DNA of 64,000 nucleotides from Abditibacterium sp. Its GTDB lineage: Bacteria > Armatimonadota > Abditibacteriia > Abditibacteriales > Abditibacteriaceae. The notes beneath the pieces are model-generated. The model made no database searches. It was not told the DNA's origin and worked only from the letters and a program-made list of their open reading frames with translations. The translations under genes and the position numbers were made by a program. The stretch covers positions 2,336,001 to 2,400,000 of the forward strand of contig OZ251992.1 of the NCBI GenBank assembly GCA_965246885.1, in the 5' to 3' direction. This document shows, in pieces, positions 48,396 through 57,969 of the stretch. Positions within the stretch are counted from its first letter, which is position 1. The number at the start of each line of letters is the position of its first letter.

Positions 48396-49097
48396 ATGCT
48401 TATGCCGTTCGAGTTGCCCATCTTTCCCCTGAACGCCGTGTTATTTCCGGGAATGCCGATGCCGCTCCATATCTTCGAGCCGCGCTACCGCCTGATGATT
48501 GGCCGCGCCCTTCAAGGCGACAAGACCTTTGGAGTCGCGCAAATCGTCGAGGGGGAGGAAGGCGCGCCGCACACCCTACCCGCCAACGTGGGCACCACCG
48601 CCGAGATACTCGAAGTCGTGCCTTTTGCCGATGGGCGCATGAACGTGCAGACCGTTGGCGGGCGCCGCTTTCGCATCCTGTCCGCCCGCGAGGAGGACGA
48701 CTACCTTGTGGCGCAATGTGAGTGGATTGAGGATGACGACGCGCAGGACGGCCTCATTCGATTGTCCATGCACACCCGGCGCGCCCTATCGCGCTACTTC
48801 GATGCCCTTGCGCTCAACACCGACCCCGCCTTCGAGACGCTCGATGACCTCGACATCCCGCAAGACCCGCAAGCCCTCTCGATGTTTATCGCTGCCATTT
48901 TGCAACTCCCGCTCGAACAAAAGCAGGAACTGCTCGAAATGACCGACACCCGCGCGCGCTTGGAAATCGAGGACTTCCTGCTCGAACGCGCCATGATCAT
49001 CCAACTCGCCTTCGCCAAGCGCGCCTCCAATGGGCAGGCCACCGCAACCGGCGACGCTTCGATGGGGCCGATGAGCAGCTTCGTGTCGCTGAATTAA
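48396..49097 (+). CDS. LON peptidase substrate-binding (N-terminal) domain protein
   Basis: LPIFPLNAVLFPGMPMPLHIFEPRYRLMI; KQELLE. Confidence 0.9.
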   Translation: MLMPFELPIFPLNAVLFPGMPMPLHIFEPRYRLMIGRALQGDKTFGVAQIVEGEEGAPHTLPANVGTTAEILEVVPFADGRMNVQTVGGRRFRILSAREEDDYLVAQCEWIEDDDAQDGLIRLSMHTRRALSRYFDALALNTDPAFETLDDLDIPQDPQALSMFIAAILQLPLEQKQELLEMTDTRARLEIEDFLLERAMIIQLAFAKRASNGQATATGDASMGPMSSFVSLN

Positions 49098-49145
49098 CTC
49101 GCACACGCCCCGGCGCGGCCAGTCATTTGCGGGTTTCCCGCCGCC

Positions 49146-50204
49146 ATGACCAAGGCCAAGATCCTTTCCTTTTCGCCCGACGACGCCAGTTCCAAGAACG
49201 CCCTCGCCCTCGCTACACGCAACAAGTGGGAGCACGTCGGGGCCTACGACGGCGACGACGGCGAAGTGGTGTGGGGCGAAATCAAAGGCTCCGATGGGGC
49301 GACCTACCACACCCGAGCCGGGGTGGACAACTTCGAGTTCCGGTGTTCGTGCCCCTCGCGCAAGCGGCCCTGCAAGCACGCGCTCGCCCTCGCCATCTTG
49401 CGCGCCGACGACGCGTCCGTTTTCTGCGACCCGCCGCCCGCGTGGGTCACGAACGACGAAACGCCCCGCCCCGCTTTCGCCGACAAACTGGACGCGCAGC
49501 AAAACGCCGCCTCCGGCCCCTCCAACGAAACCGTCGTCCCCCTCACCATCCCCGCCGCGTGGCAACCGCTCCTCGGCGGCGAAACCGCCAAAGCCTACTG
49601 GCCCAAATTGGTCGGGTTCGTCGAGGAAGAGCGCCGCCTTCACACTGTCTACCCACCGTCCGGCGAGGAGTTCGCCGCGCTTGAAGCCGTCGCGCCAGAG
49701 GACGTGAAGGTGCTGATTCTGGGGCAAGACCCTTATCACGGCCCGCGCCAAGCGCACGGCATGGCGTTCTCCGTCCAACCCGGCGTCCATGTGCCCCCGT
49801 CCCTCCAGAACATCTACCTTGAACTCAGCGACGAATTGGGGTTGCCCGTGCCCAAGACCGGTTACTTGATGCCTTGGGCCAAGCAAGGCGTTTTGCTTCT
49901 CAACGCCGTCCTCACCGTGCGGCGCAGTGAGCCGAACTCGCACAAGTCGAAGGGCTGGGAAAAGTTCACCGACGCCGTCATCAAAGCCGTTTCGGACAAC
50001 GAGCGCGCGGTCGTGTTCGTCTTGTGGGGCGCCTACGCGCAAAAGAAAGAGAAGCTGATAGACACGGCCAAGCACACCGTCGTCAAGTCCGTGCACCCCT
50101 CGCCCCTGTCCGCGTACTCCGGCTTCTTTGGCTCGCAACCGTTCACCCAAATCAACGAGGCCCTCGAAAAAGCGGGGCGCGGCGCCATTGACTGGCGCTT
50201 GTGA
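49146..50204 (+). CDS. ung: Uracil-DNA glycosylase (family 1) with N-terminal SWIM zinc finger
   Basis: CSCPSRKRPCKH (SWIM); GQDPYH, PPSL, GVLLLN, HPSPLS. Confidence 0.93.
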   Translation: MTKAKILSFSPDDASSKNALALATRNKWEHVGAYDGDDGEVVWGEIKGSDGATYHTRAGVDNFEFRCSCPSRKRPCKHALALAILRADDASVFCDPPPAWVTNDETPRPAFADKLDAQQNAASGPSNETVVPLTIPAAWQPLLGGETAKAYWPKLVGFVEEERRLHTVYPPSGEEFAALEAVAPEDVKVLILGQDPYHGPRQAHGMAFSVQPGVHVPPSLQNIYLELSDELGLPVPKTGYLMPWAKQGVLLLNAVLTVRRSEPNSHKSKGWEKFTDAVIKAVSDNERAVVFVLWGAYAQKKEKLIDTAKHTVVKSVHPSPLSAYSGFFGSQPFTQINEALEKAGRGAIDWRL

Positions 50205-50264
50205 AGGGAAAGTTGGCCCTAATCGTACAAAGCGGCCCCCATCTCGCACGCCGGAGCATCCCGT

Positions 50265-51287
50265 ATGAAACTTCAACTTTTAGGCGATTCGGGCTTGCGC
50301 GTTTCGCAGCTTTGCTTAGGCACGATGACTTTTGGCGAGGATTGGGGCTGGGGCGCGCCGCGCGACACCTCGAAGCAAATCTTCGACGCTTTCGCCGAAG
50401 CAGGCGGTAACTTCATAGACACGGCTTCCGTTTACACCGACGGCTCCTCGGAGAAACTCGTCGGCGAGTTCATCGCGTCCGACCGCGACGCTTTCGTCGT
50501 CGCCACCAAGTACTCCCTGCCCGATTCCTTTGGCCAAACCTCGCCCGCTACCAAAGTCGGCAACGCCCGCAAGAACCTGCGCCGCAGCGTCGAGGAATCC
50601 CTCAAGCGCTTGAACACCGACCATATCGACATCCTCTACCCGCACGTCTGGGACTTCACCACCCCGACCGAGGAGATCATGCGCACGCTCGATGACCTCG
50701 TGACGAGCGGCAAAGTGCTTTACCTCGGCATCTCCGACACCCCGGCGTGGATTGTGTCGCGCGCCCAGACCCTCGCCTACGAGCGCCACCTAACGCCGTT
50801 CTCCGTCCTTCAAATCGAGTATTCCCTCGCTGAGCGCACCGTCGAGCGCGACCTTATCCCGATGGCTCAGGCGCTGGGCATGACGGTCGCGCCTTGGAGT
50901 CCGCTCGCGGGCGGCGTGCTGTCGGGCAAATATGCCGATGGGCAGCAGACCACGCGGGGCCGCGAAATACCCGCGCCCCAACTCGCTATTGCCAAAGTCG
51001 TGGGCGAGCACGCCGAGAAACTGGGCGTCTCCTCCGCGCAACTGGCTCTCGCGTGGCTCGTCGGCAAAGGCACCATTCCCATTCTGGGCGCGAGCAAGCT
51101 GGAACAGTTCCACGACAACCTCAAGTGTCTGGACGCTTCTATCCCCACCGAAACGATGAGCGCTTTGGACGAAGCTTCAAAGATTGAACTGGGCTTTCCG
51201 CATGATTTCCTGCACGGCGACTTCGTGCGCGGGCGCTTGCTCGGCGGTAAGAACGAACTGCTGGATGGCATCGCGCCGCGCGCGTAA
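50265..51287 (+). CDS. Aldo/keto reductase
   Basis: SQLCLGTMTFG, FIDTASVY, ATKY, QIEYSL, PWSPLAGG. Confidence 0.95.
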   Translation: MKLQLLGDSGLRVSQLCLGTMTFGEDWGWGAPRDTSKQIFDAFAEAGGNFIDTASVYTDGSSEKLVGEFIASDRDAFVVATKYSLPDSFGQTSPATKVGNARKNLRRSVEESLKRLNTDHIDILYPHVWDFTTPTEEIMRTLDDLVTSGKVLYLGISDTPAWIVSRAQTLAYERHLTPFSVLQIEYSLAERTVERDLIPMAQALGMTVAPWSPLAGGVLSGKYADGQQTTRGREIPAPQLAIAKVVGEHAEKLGVSSAQLALAWLVGKGTIPILGASKLEQFHDNLKCLDASIPTETMSALDEASKIELGFPHDFLHGDFVRGRLLGGKNELLDGIAPRA

Positions 51288-51343
51288 GCCGTTCAGATAC
51301 ACGCAACGCCGCTTGCAGGGCGCGCGTATGGGGAACCACCTTT

Positions 51344-52999
51344 ATGGCCAAGCCCACTATTTTAGTCGCCGACGACGACGCGCAGGTGCTCAACGCCGTT
51401 TATTCCGATCTGCGCCGCCACTACGCCGACCGCTACCGCATCGTGCGCGCCGACGGCGGCACGACGGCGCTCGAAGCGTTACGGGAAATCCAAGGCCGGG
51501 GCGACTCGGTCGCCCTTATCCTCAGCGACCAGCGCATGCCCGACATGAATGGCGTCGAGATGTTGGAGCAAGCGAAAGAGTTGTTCCCCGACGCGCGCCG
51601 CGTCTTGCTCACCGCTTACGCCGACACCGAAGCGGCCATTAAAGCCATCAATGCCGTGCGCCTCGACTACTACTTGCTCAAGCCTTGGGATCCGCCCGAA
51701 GAGAAGCTCTACCCCACCCTTGACGACCTGTTGGGCGAGTGGCAGACCGGCTACCGCCCCGCCTTCGAGGGCATCCAGCTAATCGGCCATCGCTGGTCGC
51801 CCGACTCGCACGCGCTCAAGGACTTTCTGGGCCGCAATCAGATTCCCTTTCAGTGGCTCGACCTTGAAGCCGACCCCGAAGCGTCGCGCTTGGTTAAAGG
51901 CTCGCCGGGCGCGCGCTTGCCCATCGTCATCCTGCCCGGTGGCGAGAGGATGGAGAACCCCGATGCGTCCGCGCTCGCCGAAAAAGTGGGGATGCGCACC
52001 GAAGCCGCGCTTGATTTCTACGACCTCATCATCATCGGCGGCGGCCCTGCGGGGTTGGCAGCATCGGTCTACGGCGCGTCGGAAGGACTCAAGACCGTGA
52101 TGGTCGAGCGCACCGCGCCGGGCGGCCAAGCCGGTTCCAGTTCGCTTATCGAGAACTACCTCGGCTTTCCCGGCGGCGTGTCGGGCGCCGAACTCGCGCG
52201 GCGCGGCGTCACGCAAGCCATCAAGTTCGGCGTGGAAATCGTGGCGCAGGAAGTCTGCTCGGTCGAGGTCAACGGCCCCTTTCGCGTCGTGCAGTTGGTC
52301 AACGGCACGCGCATCGCGGGGCACGTCGTTCTGCTCGCAACCGGCGTGCGCTGGCGCCAGCTCGATGCTCCGGGCTTGGTGCCCTTGCAAGGCAAGGGCG
52401 TCTACTACGGCGCGACCATGCAAGAAGCGTCCCTTTTCAAGGGCGAAACCGTCGTGATTGTGGGCGGCGCGAACTCGGCGGGCCAAGCCGCCATGCACTT
52501 CGCCTCCTTCGCCAAGGAAGTCAAGATGGTCATTCGCGCGGGGGAATTGGGCGCGGGCATGAGCGACTACCTGATGGAGCGTATCGAACGGGCCGACAAC
52601 ATCGAGGTTCTGCCACTTACCAAAGTGGCCGAAGCGCACGGCGAGGAGCGCTTGGAATCGCTGACACTCGAACACGTCGAAACCGGCGAGAAGAGCGACA
52701 TTGCCACGAGCGGGCTGTTCATTTTTATCGGCGCCGAGCCGGGGACGGACTTCGTCGGGGCGTTGGTCAAGCGCGACGAAAAGGGGTTCATCCTGTCCGG
52801 CGTCGACCTGATGGACGGCGGCAAAGCGCCCGACGGCTGGCCGTTAGAGCGCGACCCGATGGCCCTCGAAACCAGCGTCCCCGGCGTCTTTGTCGCGGGC
52901 GACGTGCGGCACGGCTCGATGAAACGCGTCGCGTCCGGCGTGGGCGAAGGCTCGACCGCCATTTCCCTCGTCCACCAATACCTCAGGAACGTCCGGTGA
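51344..52999 (+). CDS. Response-regulator receiver / thioredoxin-reductase-like fusion
   Basis: VADDD..SDQRMP..LTAY..KPW; GGGPAG, GGQAG, GGANSA, AGDV. Confidence 0.93.
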   Translation: MAKPTILVADDDAQVLNAVYSDLRRHYADRYRIVRADGGTTALEALREIQGRGDSVALILSDQRMPDMNGVEMLEQAKELFPDARRVLLTAYADTEAAIKAINAVRLDYYLLKPWDPPEEKLYPTLDDLLGEWQTGYRPAFEGIQLIGHRWSPDSHALKDFLGRNQIPFQWLDLEADPEASRLVKGSPGARLPIVILPGGERMENPDASALAEKVGMRTEAALDFYDLIIIGGGPAGLAASVYGASEGLKTVMVERTAPGGQAGSSSLIENYLGFPGGVSGAELARRGVTQAIKFGVEIVAQEVCSVEVNGPFRVVQLVNGTRIAGHVVLLATGVRWRQLDAPGLVPLQGKGVYYGATMQEASLFKGETVVIVGGANSAGQAAMHFASFAKEVKMVIRAGELGAGMSDYLMERIERADNIEVLPLTKVAEAHGEERLESLTLEHVETGEKSDIATSGLFIFIGAEPGTDFVGALVKRDEKGFILSGVDLMDGGKAPDGWPLERDPMALETSVPGVFVAGDVRHGSMKRVASGVGEGSTAISLVHQYLRNVR

Positions 53000-53002
53000 C
53001 TT

Positions 53003-54424
53003 ATGCCTATTGACTGCCAGAAACTCGATACCCTCCGGCGCGTGCCGGTCTTTGAAGCGTGGCTGAGCACCGGCGACACCGTTTGTTTGGAGCACCTCTC
53101 GCGCGGCGAGGAAGTGCGCCTTCGTGACGGCGAGTGGCTCTGTCACGAAGGCGAACCCGCCGCGTTCTACCTCGTGCTCGAAGGCGAACTGCGCGTTTCC
53201 AAGCGCGTCGGCGACGCCGATATGCTCCTCACCACGCACAAACCCGGCGTGTTCTTTGGCGAAGTTCCGCTCATGATGGGCAGCCCCTTTGTCGCGTCGG
53301 GGCAAGCATCGGGCGAGTTCGTCGCTTTTCGGATGAGCGAGGAAGCGTTCTGGTCGCTGTTCGCGTCGTGCCCCGACATCGCGCGCGAAATCACCAAAAC
53401 GATGGCGTGGCGCACGCAGGACTTGGAATCCCTTTCGCAAACGCGCGAGAAGCTCGTGTCGCTGGGCACCCTTGCGGCGGGGTTGGCGCACGAACTCAAT
53501 AACCCCGCCGCCGCCGCCGCGCGCGCCGCGTCCTTGCTGCGCGGCGCGATGCGCGAAGTCGAGGCGCGCGCCATCGCCATGCACGGCTTGGGCTTTGAAC
53601 CGTCGCAGTGCGAACTGCTCAAGTCGCTGCGCGAGGCGTCCTACAAGTTCGCCGAAAACAACGAAACCAAGCTAACGGCCATGCAACGCTCCGACGCCGA
53701 AGACGAGCTTGCCGACTGGCTCGACGACCACGACATCCCCGACGGCTTCCAACTCGCGCCCACCTTTGTCGGCGCGGGCGTCAGTCTCAAGTCGTTCGAA
53801 ATGCTTGCGCAACAGGTGGACTGTAGCGCCCTCGCCGCCGTCGTCGCGTGGCTCGAAGCGAGCCTGCGCGCCGACAGGCTGGCGCTGGAAATCGAGCGCG
53901 CGTCGGGCGCCATTTCCAAGCTGGTGAGCGACGTCAAGAACTACTCGCACATGGACGAGGCGCCCCAGCAGATGAGCGACGTTCACGAAGGGCTTGATTC
54001 CACGCTTTCCATGCTGCGCTTCAAACTGCGCGGCATTGAGGTTGTGCGCGACTACGACCGCGAACTGCCGCAGTTCCTCGCGCACGGGAGCGAACTGAAC
54101 CAAGTCTGGACGAACCTGCTCGACAACGCCGCCGATGCCCTCAAGGCCGGCGACGATGCCAAAAAGGGAGCGCGCATCGAAATTCAGACCTCGCGCGACG
54201 CCGATCACGCCGTTATCCGCATCGGCGACAACGGCTCCGGCATCCCCGCCGACATCCAAAAGCGCATCTTCGAGCCGTTCTTCACTACCAAGGGCGTCGG
54301 CTCCGGCACTGGCTTGGGCCTCGACATCGCCCACCGCATCGTCGTCGGCAGACACGGCGGCGACATCAAAGTCGAGTCAAACGAGGGCGGCACCACCTTC
54401 TGGATTCGCCTGCCGTTGGGCTAA
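53003..54424 (+). CDS. Cyclic-nucleotide-binding-domain histidine kinase
   Basis: cNMP-like GVFFGE; AHELNNP, NLLDNA, DNGSG, GTGLGL. Confidence 0.93.
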   Translation: MPIDCQKLDTLRRVPVFEAWLSTGDTVCLEHLSRGEEVRLRDGEWLCHEGEPAAFYLVLEGELRVSKRVGDADMLLTTHKPGVFFGEVPLMMGSPFVASGQASGEFVAFRMSEEAFWSLFASCPDIAREITKTMAWRTQDLESLSQTREKLVSLGTLAAGLAHELNNPAAAAARAASLLRGAMREVEARAIAMHGLGFEPSQCELLKSLREASYKFAENNETKLTAMQRSDAEDELADWLDDHDIPDGFQLAPTFVGAGVSLKSFEMLAQQVDCSALAAVVAWLEASLRADRLALEIERASGAISKLVSDVKNYSHMDEAPQQMSDVHEGLDSTLSMLRFKLRGIEVVRDYDRELPQFLAHGSELNQVWTNLLDNAADALKAGDDAKKGARIEIQTSRDADHAVIRIGDNGSGIPADIQKRIFEPFFTTKGVGSGTGLGLDIAHRIVVGRHGGDIKVESNEGGTTFWIRLPLG

Positions 54425-55290
54425 ACCCCAAAAGCCGCCCGAAACGGGGCAATCATCCGTTCGTCTTGCGATGGGTCGAGGACGGCGAAGGCGACGCGTG
54501 CGAACGCGCCTCGGAACGGGCCGGTCAGCGCGGCGGCGAACAGGGGCGCGACTTCGCGGGGGTCGTTGCCGAAGGCGCCGCAACCCCACGCGCCCAGCAC
54601 AACCGCGTCGTAGTTTTCGGCAAGTGCGATGGCGAGCACCTTTTCGATGCGCGCTTGGAAGATGGGTAGGATGCGCTCCCGCTTCAAGTGAATCGCTTTG
54701 GCGTTGGGCGCGGCGGCGGTGAGAAAGGCCGTCGTCCAAGGGGTTTCAAGGAGCGTCTCGCCCGGTTCGTCGTCCCGGAATACCGGGACTAAGGGCGACA
54801 GCATCATCCAGTCCGAGTAAAATCCCCCGCCCATCGCGCGGTGGAAGTCGTAAAATTGCCTATTGGCTTCCAAACAACGCGACAACCCCGACCCGCGACA
54901 CAAACACTCCTCCTGCGCCCGCGCGCCGTTGCGCCAGCCGCCACCAACCGACTTGGCGGACGCAAAATTGAGCGCGAGGGTGCGCATGCCCGCTTCTTCG
55001 AGCCGCTTCGCGGCGGCAAAAGTGGACTCATTACGCACTTCAATCACCGTCGCGCGCGGCGTGAACGGCGCAACTGCGGGCGTGACGCCTTCGCGGAAGT
55101 GAGCAGTGACTCGGACAGCGCGCTCAACGGCGGCAGTGAGTTCCACCCGTTCGCCGCGCGCGTTGAGGTAGAAACCAGCGTCCAAGATGGCGAGGGTTTC
55201 GGCGGCGACCGCGCGGGCGCGCTCGCGGGAAAAGGGCGCGGGAGGAGTCGCGCCTTCTGGGGCGTCGAAGGGAAGGGTTAACTGCGACAT
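54421..55290 (-). CDS. TIGR02452/DUF2263 bacterial-type poly(ADP-ribose) glycohydrolase-like protein
   Basis: LNFASAKSVGGGWRNGARAQEECLCR; VLGAWGCGAFGND. Confidence 0.9.
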   Translation of the reverse strand: MSQLTLPFDAPEGATPPAPFSRERARAVAAETLAILDAGFYLNARGERVELTAAVERAVRVTAHFREGVTPAVAPFTPRATVIEVRNESTFAAAKRLEEAGMRTLALNFASAKSVGGGWRNGARAQEECLCRGSGLSRCLEANRQFYDFHRAMGGGFYSDWMMLSPLVPVFRDDEPGETLLETPWTTAFLTAAAPNAKAIHLKRERILPIFQARIEKVLAIALAENYDAVVLGAWGCGAFGNDPREVAPLFAAALTGPFRGAFARVAFAVLDPSQDERMIAPFRAAFGV

Positions 55291-56123
55291 ACGGCATCTG
55301 CGACGCGCACCACGTCGCGCATCTCTTTGACATCGTGAACGCGCACTATGTCGGCGCCACTCTCAATGGCAAGGGCGACACTTGCCGCCGTGCCCCACAG
55401 CCGCTCCTCGACCGGGGCGCCGCCCAAAATGCGCCCCAACGTGGACTTGCGGCTGGTGCCCGACAGCATCGGGAAGCCGAAGGCGGCCAACTCGCGCCCG
55501 CGCCGCAGAAGCGCGAGGTTCTCCCCGACCGACTTTCCAAAGCCGAACCCCGCATCGAAGCACAGCCGCTCGTCCGCGATGCCCGCCGCCCGCGCCGCGT
55601 CCAAGCGCGTCCGCCAAAAGGCGAGCACCTCGGCCACGACATCCCCCGCGACCGGGGCGCTTTGGCGGCTCCAGCCCATCTGTTCCGGCGCTTCGCGTAG
55701 GTGCATCAACACAAGTCCGCAAGCGGAAGCCGCGCATACCGTCAGCATCTCCGCGTCGAAGGTCGCGCCGGAAATGTCGTTAACAATGCTCGCGCCCGCG
55801 TCCAGCGCGCGCCGCGCGACCTGCGCTTTGGTCGTGTCCACGCTCAACGGCACCCCCGCGCCCGCTGCTCGTAGGCCCTCGACAACGGGCAGTACGCGCT
55901 CCAACTCTTCCGCCAATGAGATGGGGAGGGCACCGGGCCGCGTGCTTTCGCCGCCGATGTCCAGCACGTCCGCTCCCTCGTCTATCATCCGCCGACCGCG
56001 CTCGATGGCCCGCCGCGCCGACACGCCGTCGCCCGAAAACGAATCGGGCGTCGCGTTCACGATGCCCATGATGTAAGTGCGCGCCCCCAACGGAAGGCGA
56101 TATTCGCCGCAGTGCCAGTGCAT
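55278..56123 (-). CDS. folP: Dihydropteroate synthase
   Basis: MGIVNATPDSFSG, DIGGESTRPG, SRKS, VRVHDV. Confidence 0.97.
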   Translation of the reverse strand: MHWHCGEYRLPLGARTYIMGIVNATPDSFSGDGVSARRAIERGRRMIDEGADVLDIGGESTRPGALPISLAEELERVLPVVEGLRAAGAGVPLSVDTTKAQVARRALDAGASIVNDISGATFDAEMLTVCAASACGLVLMHLREAPEQMGWSRQSAPVAGDVVAEVLAFWRTRLDAARAAGIADERLCFDAGFGFGKSVGENLALLRRGRELAAFGFPMLSGTSRKSTLGRILGGAPVEERLWGTAASVALAIESGADIVRVHDVKEMRDVVRVADAVCRS

Positions 56124-56132
56124 AAAGTCGCT

Positions 56133-57053
56133 TCAATCGTAATCGTAAACCCACACCGCGACGCCGCGCTCGCACAGCGTTTGAAGGATGAGCGGCTCGA
56201 TGCGCTCCCACTTGCCGCCCGCCAAACCGCAACCAATGCGCGGCATATGCACGCTCGCCTTGTGTTCGAGTGCCCAGTCGCCGACTCGCGCGAGGCCGCG
56301 TTCGATGGCGTCGTAGCGAACGGGCGGCGGGCCAACGTCGCCTTTGCGTGCTTTTCCATGTTGGCCGATCATGTTTGCCACCCACAAGTCGCGCCCGACC
56401 GGTATCAACTGCGCCGCGCCCAGCCCGAAGTCGTTATTCGCGCGCTCCCGGTGCCACGCGCGGAACGCGCGCTCCGGTTCGGGAAAGCGTTTCGACAGCG
56501 CGAGGACAAAACCGCGCCCCCAGCCGCCCAAGTCGTTGCAAACGTGGGCAATGATTTGCGGGCCTTTGACGGAAGGCGCGCTCGCGTCGCCTTGGAGATA
56601 AGTGATTTCGGTCATCAGTTCCAGCCTCTTGCCCATGACGAAGTGCGGGCCGACAGTGGGGATGTCGAACTCTTCCCCCCACTTCTCGAAGCCCAACTTA
56701 TCGTAGAAACCGACGGCGGCGCGGCGGGCGTTGCACCAGAGTATCTCGATATGGGCGGCGCGCGCTTGCGCTTCGGCGAAACGCACGAGCCTCGCGCCGA
56801 CGCCCTGCCCGCGCCGCGCGGATTCGACGGCCATGCCGCGCAGTTGCCACGCGCGGGCGGCGGGCGCGAAGGGCGCAGGCGCGGGCACGATAAAGCCAGC
56901 GCCCACGATGGTTTCGCCGTCGAAGGCGGCGAAGTGGCGCGCGTCTTCGGGCATCTCGCCGCCAAAAAGCGTCTCGTCAGGAGCGTAGCCGGGGCGCAGA
57001 ACGCGGCACCGGAGCGGCAGGGTTTGGGCCGCCGTCACTTCTCGCACGACCAT
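56133..57053 (-). CDS. GNAT acetyltransferase fused to macrodomain (Poa1p/TARG1-like)
   Basis: QLRGMAV..RGQGVG..WCNAR..FYDKLGF; GDAS..AHVCNDLGGWGRGF..MPRIGCGLAGGKW. Confidence 0.88.
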   Translation of the reverse strand: MVVREVTAAQTLPLRCRVLRPGYAPDETLFGGEMPEDARHFAAFDGETIVGAGFIVPAPAPFAPAARAWQLRGMAVESARRGQGVGARLVRFAEAQARAAHIEILWCNARRAAVGFYDKLGFEKWGEEFDIPTVGPHFVMGKRLELMTEITYLQGDASAPSVKGPQIIAHVCNDLGGWGRGFVLALSKRFPEPERAFRAWHRERANNDFGLGAAQLIPVGRDLWVANMIGQHGKARKGDVGPPPVRYDAIERGLARVGDWALEHKASVHMPRIGCGLAGGKWERIEPLILQTLCERGVAVWVYDYD

Positions 57054-57929
57054 TTAAACCTCGCCCCGCTCGCGCCAAAAGTCGCGGTAGATGGAAACGA
57101 GGAGCGCATCTATGCGCGCCACGTCCGGCGCGTGGGGAAGCGGCGCCGAATCGTAAAGCGCGTCCAACTCGGCGATCAAGGCATCCGAGAGCGCGACGAT
57201 CTCCTCGTAAGCAAAGGCACCGCCCCGGATGGAAAGCAGGTAATCGCGGTCGGGACGCTTGACGAGCACGCCTTCACCGCGCCCGATTTCCCGCGCCATG
57301 AGGAGCAGGCGTATCAGATGCATGGCGTGCTTGCGGTCGTAGCCCGACTGCTCCTCCATCGCAGCGCGCGCCGGGTTGCGGTTCTCCTTCCACTCCCAGT
57401 ACTGCTTCCACTGCTTGAGCGCAGTGTCGTAGGCCAGTTGGTCGAAGACCTCGGCGTGTCCCAGCCCTTCGATGAACTTGCGGCGGACGAACTTGGCGGG
57501 CAAGGGCGCTTCTTTGGGATGCGCGTTATCCACCCACGCTTTGTGGCCGCGCAGCTTTTTCAGTTGCGCGACGGCGTAGCCCGAAAAGGTGTGCTTGGCG
57601 CGGCGCGTCAGAAAGAGGGCGCGCGCTTCCCGAAGCCGCTCCCACAACGGCGTCGAAAGCAATACGTCGTCGGGATGGATGTAAAGCAACTCCAAAATGT
57701 TGGGGTTGCAATCTTTGGCGAGGGCGACGAACTTGCGCAGTTCAAAAACCACGTAATCGCCGTCGTATTCCACGTTTTCAACGGGGAACAGCCCGCACAC
57801 ATTAGAGGGCGTGCCCACGAAAACGCCGCGCGTGTCCTCATCGCTTGTGGCGGTGTTGAGGCCATAGGCGTGGCTCCCCGCGCGACAGGTAAAAATCCGC
57901 CGTTCCCGCGCTAACTGGGCCGTGTTCAT
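57054..57929 (-). CDS. Pol-beta superfamily nucleotidyltransferase (YcgL/RlaP-like)
   Basis: GSHAYGLNTATSDEDTRGVF; NPNILELL; KHAMHLIRLL. Confidence 0.88.
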   Translation of the reverse strand: MNTAQLARERRIFTCRAGSHAYGLNTATSDEDTRGVFVGTPSNVCGLFPVENVEYDGDYVVFELRKFVALAKDCNPNILELLYIHPDDVLLSTPLWERLREARALFLTRRAKHTFSGYAVAQLKKLRGHKAWVDNAHPKEAPLPAKFVRRKFIEGLGHAEVFDQLAYDTALKQWKQYWEWKENRNPARAAMEEQSGYDRKHAMHLIRLLLMAREIGRGEGVLVKRPDRDYLLSIRGGAFAYEEIVALSDALIAELDALYDSAPLPHAPDVARIDALLVSIYRDFWRERGEV

Positions 57930-57969
57930 GACCCAAAGTTTAAGCCGCCCGCCTTCTGGCGCCCAATGG

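Noticed and set aside
56112..57914. 600-aa plus-strand ORF and similar long ORFs (34852..36510, 48786..50276, 4973..6268, 20610..21788)
   Set aside because: Antisense or alternative-frame shadows of well-supported genes, expected in high-GC DNA.
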